Positions 50,036 through 60,578 of a stretch of 64,000 bases of DNA are shown here, piece after piece; position 1 is the stretch's first letter; each line of letters begins with the position of its first letter. Below the pieces are notes generated by a model that did not search any database, was not told the origin of the DNA, and saw only the letters and a list, made by a program, of their open reading frames with translations. The stretch lies in NCBI GenBank assembly GCA_030532905.1, contig JAUNKE010000001.1, forward strand, positions 8,601-72,600, read 5' to 3'. Both the position numbers and the translations under genes were made by a program. This stretch comes from Peptostreptococcaceae bacterium. Lineage in GTDB: Bacteria; Bacillota; Clostridia; Peptostreptococcales; Filifactoraceae.

Positions 50036-50764
50036 TTAAAAACTTTTTCTGCTCATCAGTCGGTTTGCTACAAAGACAAGCAACACAATGTAGAGAATAC
50101 ACAAGATTACAAAGAACGAATAATTTCCTTGCGTAATTTGTTGTGGAGCATTGGAACTCATTCCATAGCTCATCAACGCATACGGCCAAAGATGACCGAA
50201 TCCTTTTACGAGCGCAATGATTCCCGAGATTCCTCCAATAAATGAAATCCCTATCGGCAACGCAAAACTCTTGATATAGGCGGATAACAGCAACTGAATA
50301 CTCGCCGTTACCATGCCGCCCAGCGTACCAAAAGCTCCCCACATAAACATCAAATGAATTGGCGGCGGTTCAGTCAAACCAGCGATTTTACCCGATATGA
50401 CAAATAATACGGCAATCCATAGCTGAGTGAGTAAAATCAATTTAGTAACGCTAGCAAGTTTCGCCACAAAAATCAGTTTACGCGAAACCGGCAAACTCAA
50501 CATCTTATTCCAATTGTGATTATTATGTTCCAGTCGCATCAAATAAGAGCAAAACACCCCCAACATAACCGGCAATATAAAATAACTGACAAACAGCGTA
50601 TGTTGCGTCCATAGACTATACCATTCTTTTTTTAGAATTCCAATATTTCCCAAATAGTTCGCCGTACCGAGAAAGGCTGAGAAAATCGGCAATACAATGC
50701 AAACAATCCACATCGGTGAGCGTCTGAGCTTCATCTGCTCCGCTTGAATCAATCGTACTAACAT
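50036..50764 (-). CDS. Lantibiotic-immunity-type ABC-2 permease (MutG/EpiG-like)
   Basis: The 242-aa protein has 6 TM segments and is the third gene of an F-E-G ABC module. Confidence 0.65.
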   Translation of the reverse strand: MLVRLIQAEQMKLRRSPMWIVCIVLPIFSAFLGTANYLGNIGILKKEWYSLWTQHTLFVSYFILPVMLGVFCSYLMRLEHNNHNWNKMLSLPVSRKLIFVAKLASVTKLILLTQLWIAVLFVISGKIAGLTEPPPIHLMFMWGAFGTLGGMVTASIQLLLSAYIKSFALPIGISFIGGISGIIALVKGFGHLWPYALMSYGMSSNAPQQITQGNYSFFVILCILYIVLLVFVANRLMSRKSF

Positions 50765-51513
50765 AATTCCTCCTTACAAAATAATTTTCTTCCGACCCAA
50801 TAAATTATTGTTCCCATGCCCAGCAATATCCCAAAAGAAAACCAATCGATAGGCAAGGTTTCAAAATGCGCATTTGCCATTCGCATTTCTTTGTCCCAAC
50901 CAAATAAGCCGACCAGTTGAAATATACCGAAGTAACTCCACAAAAGAATTCTTTGGATAACCGTTTGTTTAAAAAACAAAGAAAACAATCCGATAAAACC
51001 TCCTGTTATCCCTACCAAAAATGATATTGTTTGGTTTTTGAACAGAATCGACAGGCAATGATGCAAAATGTAAATTACAATTACCGCAGCCGATGTAAAC
51101 ATCAAATACAACAAATATAATTTTATCGGAAAATGGCCAAAACCTTTCCAACTGCCAATCCCTATTATAGTCAACCATTGAAATAATATACATGATTCAA
51201 GAACAACAACTCCGTAGAGCAGCTTACAATCGAAGAGTACAGCTCTATCCATCATAGTCCCCAATTTTTTAAACATCCCACCCTTATGCTCCAAATCACA
51301 AATACGAGATGAAATCACGATGGCCACTAAAGGCAAAAAAATCGTGTTCATAATCGGCAGTTGATAGAGTAACATCAACCAGCCGTTTACATTTTGAGAT
51401 CCTTTCAGCGCGTAAAACAACCACATCACTTGCACCATAATTATTCCGATTGCACTTAAAGCGATAAATCGTCTTCTGCTTTTTTGAAATTCACATCGTA
51501 ATAACTTAATCAT
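50758..51513 (-). CDS. Lantibiotic-immunity-type ABC-2 permease (MutE/EpiE-like)
   Basis: The 251-aa protein has 6 TM segments. Its termini overlap the neighbouring genes. Confidence 0.65.
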   Translation of the reverse strand: MIKLLRCEFQKSRRRFIALSAIGIIMVQVMWLFYALKGSQNVNGWLMLLYQLPIMNTIFLPLVAIVISSRICDLEHKGGMFKKLGTMMDRAVLFDCKLLYGVVVLESCILFQWLTIIGIGSWKGFGHFPIKLYLLYLMFTSAAVIVIYILHHCLSILFKNQTISFLVGITGGFIGLFSLFFKQTVIQRILLWSYFGIFQLVGLFGWDKEMRMANAHFETLPIDWFSFGILLGMGTIIYWVGRKLFCKEELC

Positions 51514-52238
51514 AGACTTTGTCCCCTTCCTGTAAGCTCCAAGAATATCTGCTCCAAAGTTTTGCCCTTACCACAATTCAATCCGCTCAATTCTCCTTGA
51601 TACATCATTCTTCCTCCCGCGATGATCCCAACATCCTCTGCCATCTGCTCAATTTCAGATAACAAATGACTTGACACGATGATTGTCATATCAAATTTTT
51701 GAGGCAAAATTTTGATCAGTTCACGCATTTCCTGAATTCCCGCCGGATCCAGTCCATTGGTAGGTTCATCCAAAATCAACAGTTTCGGCTTTGACAAAAG
51801 CGCAGAAGCAATGCCCAACCTCTGTTTCATCCCGAGCGAAAATTTGGACACCTTCTTATCCCGTTGGTTCTCCAAACGAACAATTTTAAGCACCGTTTCA
51901 ATATTTTTGTTCGGTACATCCAGAAGGGTTGCAAAAATTTTAAGATTTTCTTCCGCCGTCAGATGTCCGTAATACGACGGGCTCTCAATGAGAGAACCTA
52001 CCGAGCGTAATATTTCAATCCGATTACTCTCATTCATTCTTTTTCCAAAGATATCAATTACACCATTCGTCGGATATACCAAACCCAAAATCATTTTCAG
52101 CGTAGTGGATTTCCCCGCACCGTTCGGTCCTAAAAAACCATAAATTCTTCCTTCTCGTACCACCATATCCATATTGTCAACGACCACTTCGTCCCCATAT
52201 TTTTTTGTTAAAGCCTGAGTTCTGATAATTTCTTTCAT
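51510..52238 (-). CDS. ABC transporter ATP-binding protein (lantibiotic protection LanF-like)
   Basis: Walker A (GPNGAGKST), the signature FSLGMKQR, and Walker B (LILDEP) are present. Confidence 0.75.
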   Translation of the reverse strand: MKEIIRTQALTKKYGDEVVVDNMDMVVREGRIYGFLGPNGAGKSTTLKMILGLVYPTNGVIDIFGKRMNESNRIEILRSVGSLIESPSYYGHLTAEENLKIFATLLDVPNKNIETVLKIVRLENQRDKKVSKFSLGMKQRLGIASALLSKPKLLILDEPTNGLDPAGIQEMRELIKILPQKFDMTIIVSSHLLSEIEQMAEDVGIIAGGRMMYQGELSGLNCGKGKTLEQIFLELTGRGQSL

Positions 52239-52488
52239 TGTCTAATCCTTTCTTTCCTATAAGTATTCAAGAGCATCTTTTATCTTTTGGTTGCGATGCG
52301 TCTTGACACCTTTATATTATCAGACCCACCTGAAAATCAACTTAAATCAACCTTTCATAAACCTTAAATCGAGTTTTTTATCCAAAAAAACAGTCGGAAG
52401 TAACCGGTCTTATGTTAAAATTAGAGAAACAATCTTATCTCAGCACGAGAAAATGAATGAAATTATAATCTCAAACGAAGGGGGAATC

Positions 52489-53193
52489 ATGCAAGAAACA
52501 AAAAATAAAAAAATTCTTATCGTGGATGACGAGCGGGAATTATTGAAAGTAACCAAAGAATATCTTCAAGCGGAAGGTTTCTTGAACATTTACACCGCAG
52601 AAAACTGTTTTGACGCTCTCCAAATTGTAAAAAATCATCCAATTGCACTTTGTATCTTGGATATCATGTTACCGGATGGAGACGGTTTTTCACTGTTAGA
52701 ACAAATTCGCCAACATTCTCAGGCTCCTATCATATTCCTGACGGCTCGTGGCGAAGCGGAAGACAAAATCAGAGGATTCGGATTGGGCGCGGAGGATTAT
52801 ATCGTAAAACCTTTCTTGATGAAGGAGCTCTCACTTCGAATATCGGCACTGCTCAAAAGAGTTTATTCCATCGTTCAGGAGGATACTGCCGTTATAATAG
52901 GAAAAAGAACGATTGATTTTGAAACAGCAACGGTTCGATGGGAAGAAAATGAAGTTCAACTCACCGCAAAAGAGTTTTTGTTATTGAAAAAACTGTGTGA
53001 AAATCAGAACCGGATTGTTACTAGTGATTCACTTTGTATGACCGCATGGGGAGATGAATATTATGGATACGAAAATACACTGATGGTACACATCCGCAGA
53101 CTAAGAGAAAAAATTGAAGATAACCCGTCTTCTCCACATCATTTAATTACTGTGAAAGGACTTGGATATAAGCTGGTGACCAATCATGAATAA
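52489..53193 (+). CDS. OmpR-family response regulator
   Basis: A receiver domain (ILIVDDE...DIMLPDGDG) is followed by a winged-helix output domain. An RBS (GAAGGGGG) precedes the start. Confidence 0.8.
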   Translation: MQETKNKKILIVDDERELLKVTKEYLQAEGFLNIYTAENCFDALQIVKNHPIALCILDIMLPDGDGFSLLEQIRQHSQAPIIFLTARGEAEDKIRGFGLGAEDYIVKPFLMKELSLRISALLKRVYSIVQEDTAVIIGKRTIDFETATVRWEENEVQLTAKEFLLLKKLCENQNRIVTSDSLCMTAWGDEYYGYENTLMVHIRRLREKIEDNPSSPHHLITVKGLGYKLVTNHE

Positions 53194-54514
53194 ACCTTCC
53201 ATACGCATTTTCTTATATTTTTCGGGAATTGCCACATTGGTGTCGATAACGCTTTTTGTTTTCAATCTTCTTGGAGTAATATACTTTTTGGGGGACGGAA
53301 ACTTCCAAAAAAATGTTTCAAATCGGATTTTCGATGAACTTCAAGAACAATTTGATGAAAAAAATCTTCATTTAAAAACCATGGATATATTGCCCCAAAA
53401 TACTTGGTGCATCCTTATCGATAAAAACGGAGATATGATTTGGTCGCAAAACAAACCTCATGATATTGACACACATTATGATATCAATGATATCGCACGA
53501 ATGAGTCGATGGTTTCTCAAAGACTATCCGGTATATCTTCGTACAACGGATTATGGCTTATTCATATTGGGATACCCGAAAAACTCCTATGCAAAATACA
53601 GTATTATACTTTCGGCAGAATGGTTTGAATACGCCCCTAAACGATTGATCGCCATTATCGTTTTTAATTTGCTGTTTTCTTTGGCACTTATCACTCTTTT
53701 AGGACAGAGCTTTTACAAAAAAATGATTCAACTGAGCAATGCTATCTATAATCTTCAGGAGGAAAAAAGCATCCGTCTCAACGAGCGCGGCATCTTTAAG
53801 GAACTTGATCGAAGTATCAACAAAACATCGCAAGTCATTGAGCAAAAAAATCAGGCACTCAGCCTTAAAGAAGAAGCCCGAAGCAATTGGATTGCAGGAA
53901 TTTCTCATGACATTCGTACTCCATTGGCCATTGTGCTGGGCAATGCGGAAGCTCTGGTACAGACCGGCTCACTCAGCGAAACACAGCTCCAAAAAATAAA
54001 TGCCATCTCCCAACAAAGCCTCAAAATTAAAAAACTGATTGAAAATCTGAACTTAGTTTCTTCACTCGAATACAATATGCAGCCTTTAAATAAGAAAAAG
54101 GTTCGAATTTGCCCTCTTTTACGCCGAATCGCCGGTGACATTATCAATCGAGGACTACCGAATAACTTTGATATCGAATTGGATTTACAAGATGAAAATA
54201 CGGAGGTTTTAATAGACGAATTTCTGATCGAGCGAGCAATCGTCAATTTAATGGATAACAGTATCCATCATAACGAACGAGCAACCATTAAGATATCCGC
54301 AAAAAACAATGATGGCTATGCACAAATAACTGTTTCCGATAACGGAAAAGGAGTTGCTCAAGATATATTGGAGCAAATCGCGATTATTCCAAAGACGGCA
54401 CATGGACTTGGTCTGCCGATGTCATATCGCATCATCCTATCGCATAACGGCAAGATGTCTTTTGAGAATAATAAAGGTTTTTCAGCACAAATATTTTTAC
54501 CTGTCGCAGAATAA
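53186..54514 (+). CDS. Sensor histidine kinase (partner of the 52489 response regulator)
   Basis: It has two N-terminal TM segments, an H-box (ISHDIRTPLAI) and an HATPase_c domain (DNGKGV...GLGL). It overlaps the response-regulator stop. Confidence 0.8.
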   Translation: MNKPSIRIFLYFSGIATLVSITLFVFNLLGVIYFLGDGNFQKNVSNRIFDELQEQFDEKNLHLKTMDILPQNTWCILIDKNGDMIWSQNKPHDIDTHYDINDIARMSRWFLKDYPVYLRTTDYGLFILGYPKNSYAKYSIILSAEWFEYAPKRLIAIIVFNLLFSLALITLLGQSFYKKMIQLSNAIYNLQEEKSIRLNERGIFKELDRSINKTSQVIEQKNQALSLKEEARSNWIAGISHDIRTPLAIVLGNAEALVQTGSLSETQLQKINAISQQSLKIKKLIENLNLVSSLEYNMQPLNKKKVRICPLLRRIAGDIINRGLPNNFDIELDLQDENTEVLIDEFLIERAIVNLMDNSIHHNERATIKISAKNNDGYAQITVSDNGKGVAQDILEQIAIIPKTAHGLGLPMSYRIILSHNGKMSFENNKGFSAQIFLPVAE

Positions 54515-54676
54515 TAAAATAAATATGGATTTATTCTCAACATTACTTCCTACAAGCTGATGTAAAAAAGACATATCTCGAAAAAATCATTGCGTTATAC
54601 CCGATGATTTCTCAAAGATATGTCTTTTCTATATTTTTTTATAAACAAATAATCCATCCAAGATTGCTGCACCCTG

Positions 54677-55672
54677 TTATTTTGCGACTTGGAGAAGCGT
54701 TTGGATTCGATGGTAAACCTGCGGGTCTTGATTCTCGCGCTCCACCCTTTCTTCAAAAAATTCCAAAGGATTTTGCCCGTGCATATTTTCGATGGTAAGC
54801 GATGCCCCCCTCTCAATCATTTCCCGAATGATTTCAATTTCTCCTTCGCCTATTTTTTCATCGTAATCTATCCAAGAAATATAAGCAAAAAGTGCATTCG
54901 GATGATAAGACTCCTGACCAAAAGTAACCTGTGCGCCATGCTCCATCATAAAACGAAGCATCTGATTGTCTTCCTCACTGGAGCCAACAGTAGATAACAC
55001 ACTCATCCTATACGAAATAAATTGCTCCATGGAATACTCTCCCGATTCAAGCTGTTCTTTAGAATCAAATTTTGCTCCATGACGCAAAAAACATTCGGCA
55101 ACATCGGCATGATGGAAAACCAATGCCTGATTCAATACATCAATACTTCCAAAATCCTCCCAACGATAGTAAATCAACTCCGGGTTCTCGGACAGCATTT
55201 TTTCCACCACTTCCACTTCACCGTCTTTAACAGCATAAAACAATTTATTAACCGTTTCACGACTGACCTCCCATTCTCCATCCGCCGTTATAATGGTTTC
55301 AGGCGGCCAGGAAGAATTAAAATTCCGAGCAAAGAGACTCCATTTGAAAAAAGCATATCCCGTCGTCAATATGGCTATACATATAAAAACCCCCGCCACC
55401 GCCTGAGATATTTTGGCGCGTTTTTTCAAAGTTTTCAGCTGTTGCAACAGTTTTTCATCCCGCTTTGCACTTTCCCCGATTTCATCCATGAGCGTCTCCA
55501 GTTCCTCCGCCCGAGCTTTAGACTTCTTTCCTTGCTTCCATTCGTAAAAACCGATTCCGAACATCAATATGACAAATACCAAGAACGCAATAAGCGCCAA
55601 CAACACAAGGCCCAGAGCAATCTTTACGAAAAACATAAAAAAGTCCGCCATTTGATTCAGTTCCGATGCCAT
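54677..55672 (-). CDS. Membrane-anchored ankyrin-repeat-like protein of unknown function
   Basis: The N-terminal region has two TM-like segments around a charged segment. The C-terminal region has repeated helix-hairpin motifs (LVFHHADVAECFLRHGAKFD; MMEHGAQV). Confidence 0.4.
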   Translation of the reverse strand: MASELNQMADFFMFFVKIALGLVLLALIAFLVFVILMFGIGFYEWKQGKKSKARAEELETLMDEIGESAKRDEKLLQQLKTLKKRAKISQAVAGVFICIAILTTGYAFFKWSLFARNFNSSWPPETIITADGEWEVSRETVNKLFYAVKDGEVEVVEKMLSENPELIYYRWEDFGSIDVLNQALVFHHADVAECFLRHGAKFDSKEQLESGEYSMEQFISYRMSVLSTVGSSEEDNQMLRFMMEHGAQVTFGQESYHPNALFAYISWIDYDEKIGEGEIEIIREMIERGASLTIENMHGQNPLEFFEERVERENQDPQVYHRIQTLLQVAK

Positions 55673-55848
55673 ATTTCCCCCTTTCGTTGCACAAAAGAAT
55701 CACCGCAAAGCAAACCGGATTTTCCTTTGCTCCGATAAACAAAAAATTTGTCCAAGCGGCATCCAAAAGTTGAGCCGACGGCATAATCCGATACCGATTT
55801 TTGAATGGGACGGTATTCCCGCTTCCGACAAAAACATTTCCATTCGTA

Positions 55849-56691
55849 TTATTTCACTTTGTAAATGATTTTTAGCACTTCATCCGCTTTCAGAGCGCGA
55901 ATTCCTTCATCATCCTTCATCAACGAATTTTCACGAATATCCCATCGCATTTGATTGTAATTTTTCAAATAGCTCTTATCCAACACCTTCGGTTTGAACT
56001 TTTCATACCACTTCGGATAATAGGTCTTCATATATTGATTTGCCAATTTACTCGCCTGACTGTTTTTACTGCCCTTTGCATTGACCGTTCCGTTGATTTG
56101 AACTCCGGGCGGCGATGCATGAACGAGCACTACGCTGCCGTCCGAGCATGAGCCGATTACAATATAGACATGCGTTTTATTGCTCATAATATCACCGGGC
56201 TTATAATCTTTGACGGATTTTGCCGGTATGTATTTTCCCCAGCCCCGCTGAGCAAAATCCTTCGCCATCTTTTCCGCCTTCATCACATAACCTTCTCCAC
56301 CATCTTCGCTGTGAAGAAAATTATAAGTTGTCCAACCGACATAACCGGAGCAATCCAATCCGTTGTGAATTTGGTATCTCGTCTTGTTGAAATCATAATT
56401 TTTATTTTGCTTTTTGAAAAAACTTTCCCATTGCTCGCTCAAACCGATACTGCGCGCCTCAATTCCCGCAGCCGTATCCTCTTCGTTCCAACCGCCGCCC
56501 CATACATACATCGTCTTCCCGACCGGCTGAACGGCAATCTCCAGCAACTGCCGAATGCTTTGCTCCGACACCGCTTTCGTCTTATCCTGCTCCTGATTGG
56601 TCGTCGTTTCAAAAAGTGCATTTGCCGGGTAAAAATCCAAACTCAGCAACACCAGCACGATGCTTAAAACCATTATAAATTTTCTATTCAT
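55849..56691 (-). CDS. Secreted NlpC/P60-like cysteine peptidase family protein (putative)
   Basis: A signal peptide is present. Cys in the DCSGYVGW motif and downstream His (HVYIVIG / LVHASP) fit the papain-like order. An RBS (GAGGGAG) precedes the start. Confidence 0.5.
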   Translation of the reverse strand: MNRKFIMVLSIVLVLLSLDFYPANALFETTTNQEQDKTKAVSEQSIRQLLEIAVQPVGKTMYVWGGGWNEEDTAAGIEARSIGLSEQWESFFKKQNKNYDFNKTRYQIHNGLDCSGYVGWTTYNFLHSEDGGEGYVMKAEKMAKDFAQRGWGKYIPAKSVKDYKPGDIMSNKTHVYIVIGSCSDGSVVLVHASPPGVQINGTVNAKGSKNSQASKLANQYMKTYYPKWYEKFKPKVLDKSYLKNYNQMRWDIRENSLMKDDEGIRALKADEVLKIIYKVK

Positions 56692-56965
56692 ATCTCCCTC
56701 TTTTTCTCGTCTTGTTGAAAATCGGTTTTGTGTTCTTTCCTTATTATAGCATCTACATTCCATTCAAAAATATATCACACCGAAATGTTATAAAATTGTA
56801 AAGTTGCTCTCGATGCCCCAAAAAATTCTCAAAAGAAATTCCAAAGTGTAAAAGGAAAGTCTAAAATTAAGAAGCCGAAGCAAATTAAAAAATGAAATCC
56901 GAAAATACATCTCCACAGCTTTACACGAAATTTATTTCCCTAAGGATTAACACTCATTCCAAAAT

Positions 56966-57013
56966 ACAAAAAAATTATATTCAAAAGCCATTGCTCACGA
57001 GAACAATGGCTTT
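56966..57013 (-). terminator. Terminator downstream of the DUF1648-like membrane protein gene
   Basis: An aaagccattg...caatggcttt 10-bp stem is followed by a T-run on the minus strand. Confidence 0.65.
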
Positions 57014-57106
57014 GTAAATTGATAGCAGCGGATTGTAAATCCGGATTGCTTTGGAGCAATTTCAATACGATTCTTCAATCGGTTGCTTTTACCTGATGCA
57101 ATTCAT

Positions 57107-58213
57107 TTACAAAATAAATGGTAATAGAATCGAAAACAAGATTATCAAAAGGATGACCGCTATACAAATTTTTCCGGCTGTCGTTGCCACATTGATGGTA
57201 TATCCGACGCCCACTTTTTTCGGAACAAGTGTCGCCGGGTCATTCGGATTGTAATAAAACATTCCCCACAACCATTTTCCGTCATCATCATAACTTGCAT
57301 TATTGTCCATCGCCGTTTCCGATTTCAAGCGCTCTCCCGATGTCCCGACCTTAAGTCCTGCTAAAACCGGTAAAAAGACAGAACCGATCAACATCAATGT
57401 TATAAAAGCGCCTACTCCTTTGTCCAACTTATCTCCGCTCATCGGGAGATAGGTAAGCCCCGTTAAAATCGACATCATGAAGCTCATGAGCGCAAAACAA
57501 ATTCCCCACCAAAAATCAGCTTTTTCCGCTCGCTTGATCGCCTCGTCCAAATCTTTCGGACTGAAACTTTTGCGTACCACCCTCATAAAATAGTGGCATG
57601 TCATAAAAGATAACACCATCAAGACGGAAAATATATAAGGAAACAATACCTTCCCCATCGACTTGGCTCCAAAGCTGTCCGGCTCTAAATAAAAATTATA
57701 ATGCGTCGGAATTTGCTCCGGCAAAAAATCATAATTTTTGATGCTCAAAATAATAGGAATAATTGAAATAACTAAGCTTGGAATATAGTACCAAACAATC
57801 GACCTCCGCTTCGCACGACGAGTTGACATTTTCAAATCGATCGCAATTTTTTGCTCTTCGATGAAAAATCCATTCTCAGCCTTCCATGCCTGTATTTTTT
57901 TATGAAATCCGACATAGATTGCATTGACCGCAACAATATACAGCAGCACGACAAAAAGGGTTACAATCACCGAATTTCTCGGATAAAAATAGGTATAAAG
58001 CATAGCTGAAAACATAAAGAAAATCCCGAGCTTCGTTACTTGATTTTTGAAGCGGTTTACCATTTGTTGAAGCAGCGGGCTTTTCAAACCTTCTTCCGAC
58101 AAAGTCACGCCCAATACGACATTGCGCTTGCTCAAAGTCGGAGTCAGTCTGCACAATCCGATTAAAAGCAGTAACTGAAAGCTGTTGATGAATAACAAAA
58201 ATATTTTTGGCAT
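57107..58213 (-). CDS. Polytopic membrane protein (DUF1648/SdpI-like) co-located with a GntR (YtrA-type) regulator
   Basis: The 368-aa protein has multiple TM segments. It pairs with the upstream small GntR regulator, as in ytrA-like operons. Confidence 0.5.
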   Translation of the reverse strand: MPKIFLLFINSFQLLLLIGLCRLTPTLSKRNVVLGVTLSEEGLKSPLLQQMVNRFKNQVTKLGIFFMFSAMLYTYFYPRNSVIVTLFVVLLYIVAVNAIYVGFHKKIQAWKAENGFFIEEQKIAIDLKMSTRRAKRRSIVWYYIPSLVISIIPIILSIKNYDFLPEQIPTHYNFYLEPDSFGAKSMGKVLFPYIFSVLMVLSFMTCHYFMRVVRKSFSPKDLDEAIKRAEKADFWWGICFALMSFMMSILTGLTYLPMSGDKLDKGVGAFITLMLIGSVFLPVLAGLKVGTSGERLKSETAMDNNASYDDDGKWLWGMFYYNPNDPATLVPKKVGVGYTINVATTAGKICIAVILLIILFSILLPFIL

Positions 58214-58379
58214 AGGAAACCTCTTTTCATCATAGGTATTGAAAAAGAATCCATCTCAATCACCGTTGTAGATTCTTCGAATCAGGATTCAAATTTTTAT
58301 AAACCTAAAACTACAAATTTGATAGGTCTTTTCCAAGTTGTAAAGTATGTTGTAGAAAAAATATAATACTCATGGTTAA

Positions 58380-58742
58380 CTAATCCACGCAAAGCTTCAG
58401 TAAAAACAACTGAATCTCATCCATACTCATTCCGCGATTCTTAAAATCCGCAATCCAATAACGCAATTCGTCCTCACGCTCTTTGAGCACAACCTCGTCC
58501 ATCTGCGAAAAGCCTTCGCGAATATAGACGCCGCGCCGACGGTCAATCTCCACATAACCCTTTGCCTTTAGAATCTGATAAGATTTGTTGACGGTATGAA
58601 GATTGATTCCGATTTCCTCCGCCAACTGTCGAACCGACGGAAGCATCTCTCCGGATTTCAGATTTCCCCGGTCGATTTCGAGGATGACCTGTCGAACGAT
58701 TTGCTCATAAATCGGTATTTCACTTTTGAAATCAATTATCAT
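58380..58742 (-). CDS. GntR family (YtrA subfamily) transcriptional regulator
   Basis: The 120-aa protein has a GntR HTH (MLPSVRQLAEEIGINLHTVNKSYQIL). Confidence 0.8.
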   Translation of the reverse strand: MIIDFKSEIPIYEQIVRQVILEIDRGNLKSGEMLPSVRQLAEEIGINLHTVNKSYQILKAKGYVEIDRRRGVYIREGFSQMDEVVLKEREDELRYWIADFKNRGMSMDEIQLFLLKLCVD

Positions 58743-59018
58743 TGAGAACTCCTTTCTCTGTTATGCTTATAATATAACAATATGCACAGGAAGTCAATCG
58801 CTATCCGAAAATCTTATCCGACCTTCTTTTGTCGGGAATGATAGGCTTTTTTCTTTTCTTATGTTACAATGCTCTTATAATTGTAGTCATACTCTGATAT
58901 CTGTCGAAATGATTTACATTGCGTATTAAGTTAAAATCGATTTGAACTTTGTCGAAAAAACAGCAGCATCTTTATCTCGTCCACTATTTTTTGTTATATA
59001 AATTCTGAAAGGAGCAAA

Positions 59019-59669
59019 ATGAAAAAAATTTTTCTGATTGAAGACAATCTCGATTTGGCGAATCAAATCAAGTCCTATTTAGAGAAGGAAAATTATATCG
59101 TCGATGTTGCCACCTGTATTCAAGATGCAACCCGTGATATCAAATCGCATTACGACCTGAGCTTATTGGATATCCATCTTCCGGACGGAAACGGAATCCA
59201 TCTGCTGAACTTGCTTAAAGACTGCGGACAGCGCGTCATCATCACAACTATAAAAGATGACGAAAACTTTATAATACAGGCATTGGATAACGGAGCGGAC
59301 GATTATATCACCAAGCCGTTTGCGCTTGGCGTTTTGCGAGCAAGAATCGATGCTTGTTTGAGAAATTCCGTTCACTCATCCGATAAAATATGCTACAAGG
59401 GATTTGTTTTTGACAAAAGCAACGGATGCATCTTTTATGAAAACAAAATGCTTGATTTAACACCGAAAGAGCTTGAGCTGCTCTCCTTGTTTATCCAATA
59501 TCCCCACCGAATTTTTACGCGCGAATATCTCTTGAAAAATTATTGGGACATTCACGAAAACTATGTCAACGACAACACATTGACGGTCACCATCAAACGA
59601 ATTCGGGAAAAAACAGGAAAGGACAGTATCCTTACCATTCGAGGTATCGGATATCGAATGAACTCATGA
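59019..59669 (+). CDS. OmpR-family response regulator (BceR-like)
   Basis: A receiver domain (IFLIEDN...LDIHLPDGNG) is followed by a winged-helix output domain. An RBS (AAAGGAG) precedes the start. Confidence 0.8.
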   Translation: MKKIFLIEDNLDLANQIKSYLEKENYIVDVATCIQDATRDIKSHYDLSLLDIHLPDGNGIHLLNLLKDCGQRVIITTIKDDENFIIQALDNGADDYITKPFALGVLRARIDACLRNSVHSSDKICYKGFVFDKSNGCIFYENKMLDLTPKELELLSLFIQYPHRIFTREYLLKNYWDIHENYVNDNTLTVTIKRIREKTGKDSILTIRGIGYRMNS

Positions 59670-60526
59670 TATTCTTGATTATATTTTGCGCTATGATTCT
59701 CAGCGCTTGGATTACATTTCTGATTTGTAAATACAAAAACCAAAAACGAATCAACGAAATGCTGTCGCTCATTTCCAGACTGGAGCGTAGAGATTATACA
59801 TTTCCTATGAAGCAGGACGATTTTTCCGTTTTAGAGGATGAGATTTATAAATTATTTCTCAAAACGGTGGAGCAGCATGAGCTGACAAAAAAATTTGCAA
59901 CAGAACAGGGAAAAAATTTGGAGGATATCGCTCATCAAATCAAAACTCCCATCACTTCTATTTTGTTTGAGCTCGAAACAATGCCTCCCGATGATTCCAT
60001 TCTACATATTCGAAGGCAGATTGTTCGACTCTCCGAACTGGTGCATATCTTACTCAAACTCTCCAGTCTTGAAGTAAATCAGGAGAATATGAAAAGCGAG
60101 TCGGTTCTGTTACCGGAGATTGTTGAGTATGCGTTGGATGTTCTTTCAGGCGATATTGAGGCGCAGCATGTTTTGATTCAAAACAAAGTCGAAAATCATG
60201 TAATAAACGGTGACTTTTACTGGTTGAGCGAAGCATTTATCAACATTTTGAAAAATGCTGTCCAAATATCCGAAAGAAAAACGATTTATCTATATTCAAA
60301 AGAAAACCCGCTATATATTGACTTGGTCATTGAAGATGAGGCGGGCGGAATCCCCAAAGAATTGATGAAAAATATTTTCAAGCGCTTTTATAAAACACCG
60401 GATTCAAACGGTTTTGGCATCGGACTTGCCATCTCAAAACTCATTGTCGAAAAAAACAACGGAATGCTTATTGCGATGAATAAAAATCAAGGCGCTTGCT
60501 TTGTCATGCGATTCTATAAAAAATAA
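59666..60526 (+). CDS. Intramembrane-sensing histidine kinase (BceS-like)
   Basis: The ~286-aa protein has two TM segments with a minimal loop, an H-box (IAHQIKTPITSI) and an HATPase_c domain. Its start overlaps the response-regulator stop (ATGA). Confidence 0.75.
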   Translation: MIFLIIFCAMILSAWITFLICKYKNQKRINEMLSLISRLERRDYTFPMKQDDFSVLEDEIYKLFLKTVEQHELTKKFATEQGKNLEDIAHQIKTPITSILFELETMPPDDSILHIRRQIVRLSELVHILLKLSSLEVNQENMKSESVLLPEIVEYALDVLSGDIEAQHVLIQNKVENHVINGDFYWLSEAFINILKNAVQISERKTIYLYSKENPLYIDLVIEDEAGGIPKELMKNIFKRFYKTPDSNGFGIGLAISKLIVEKNNGMLIAMNKNQGACFVMRFYKK

Positions 60527-60578
60527 TCTTGTCATCTTATTGTCACCCGGCATGAATATAATGAAGATGGAGGTGAAT

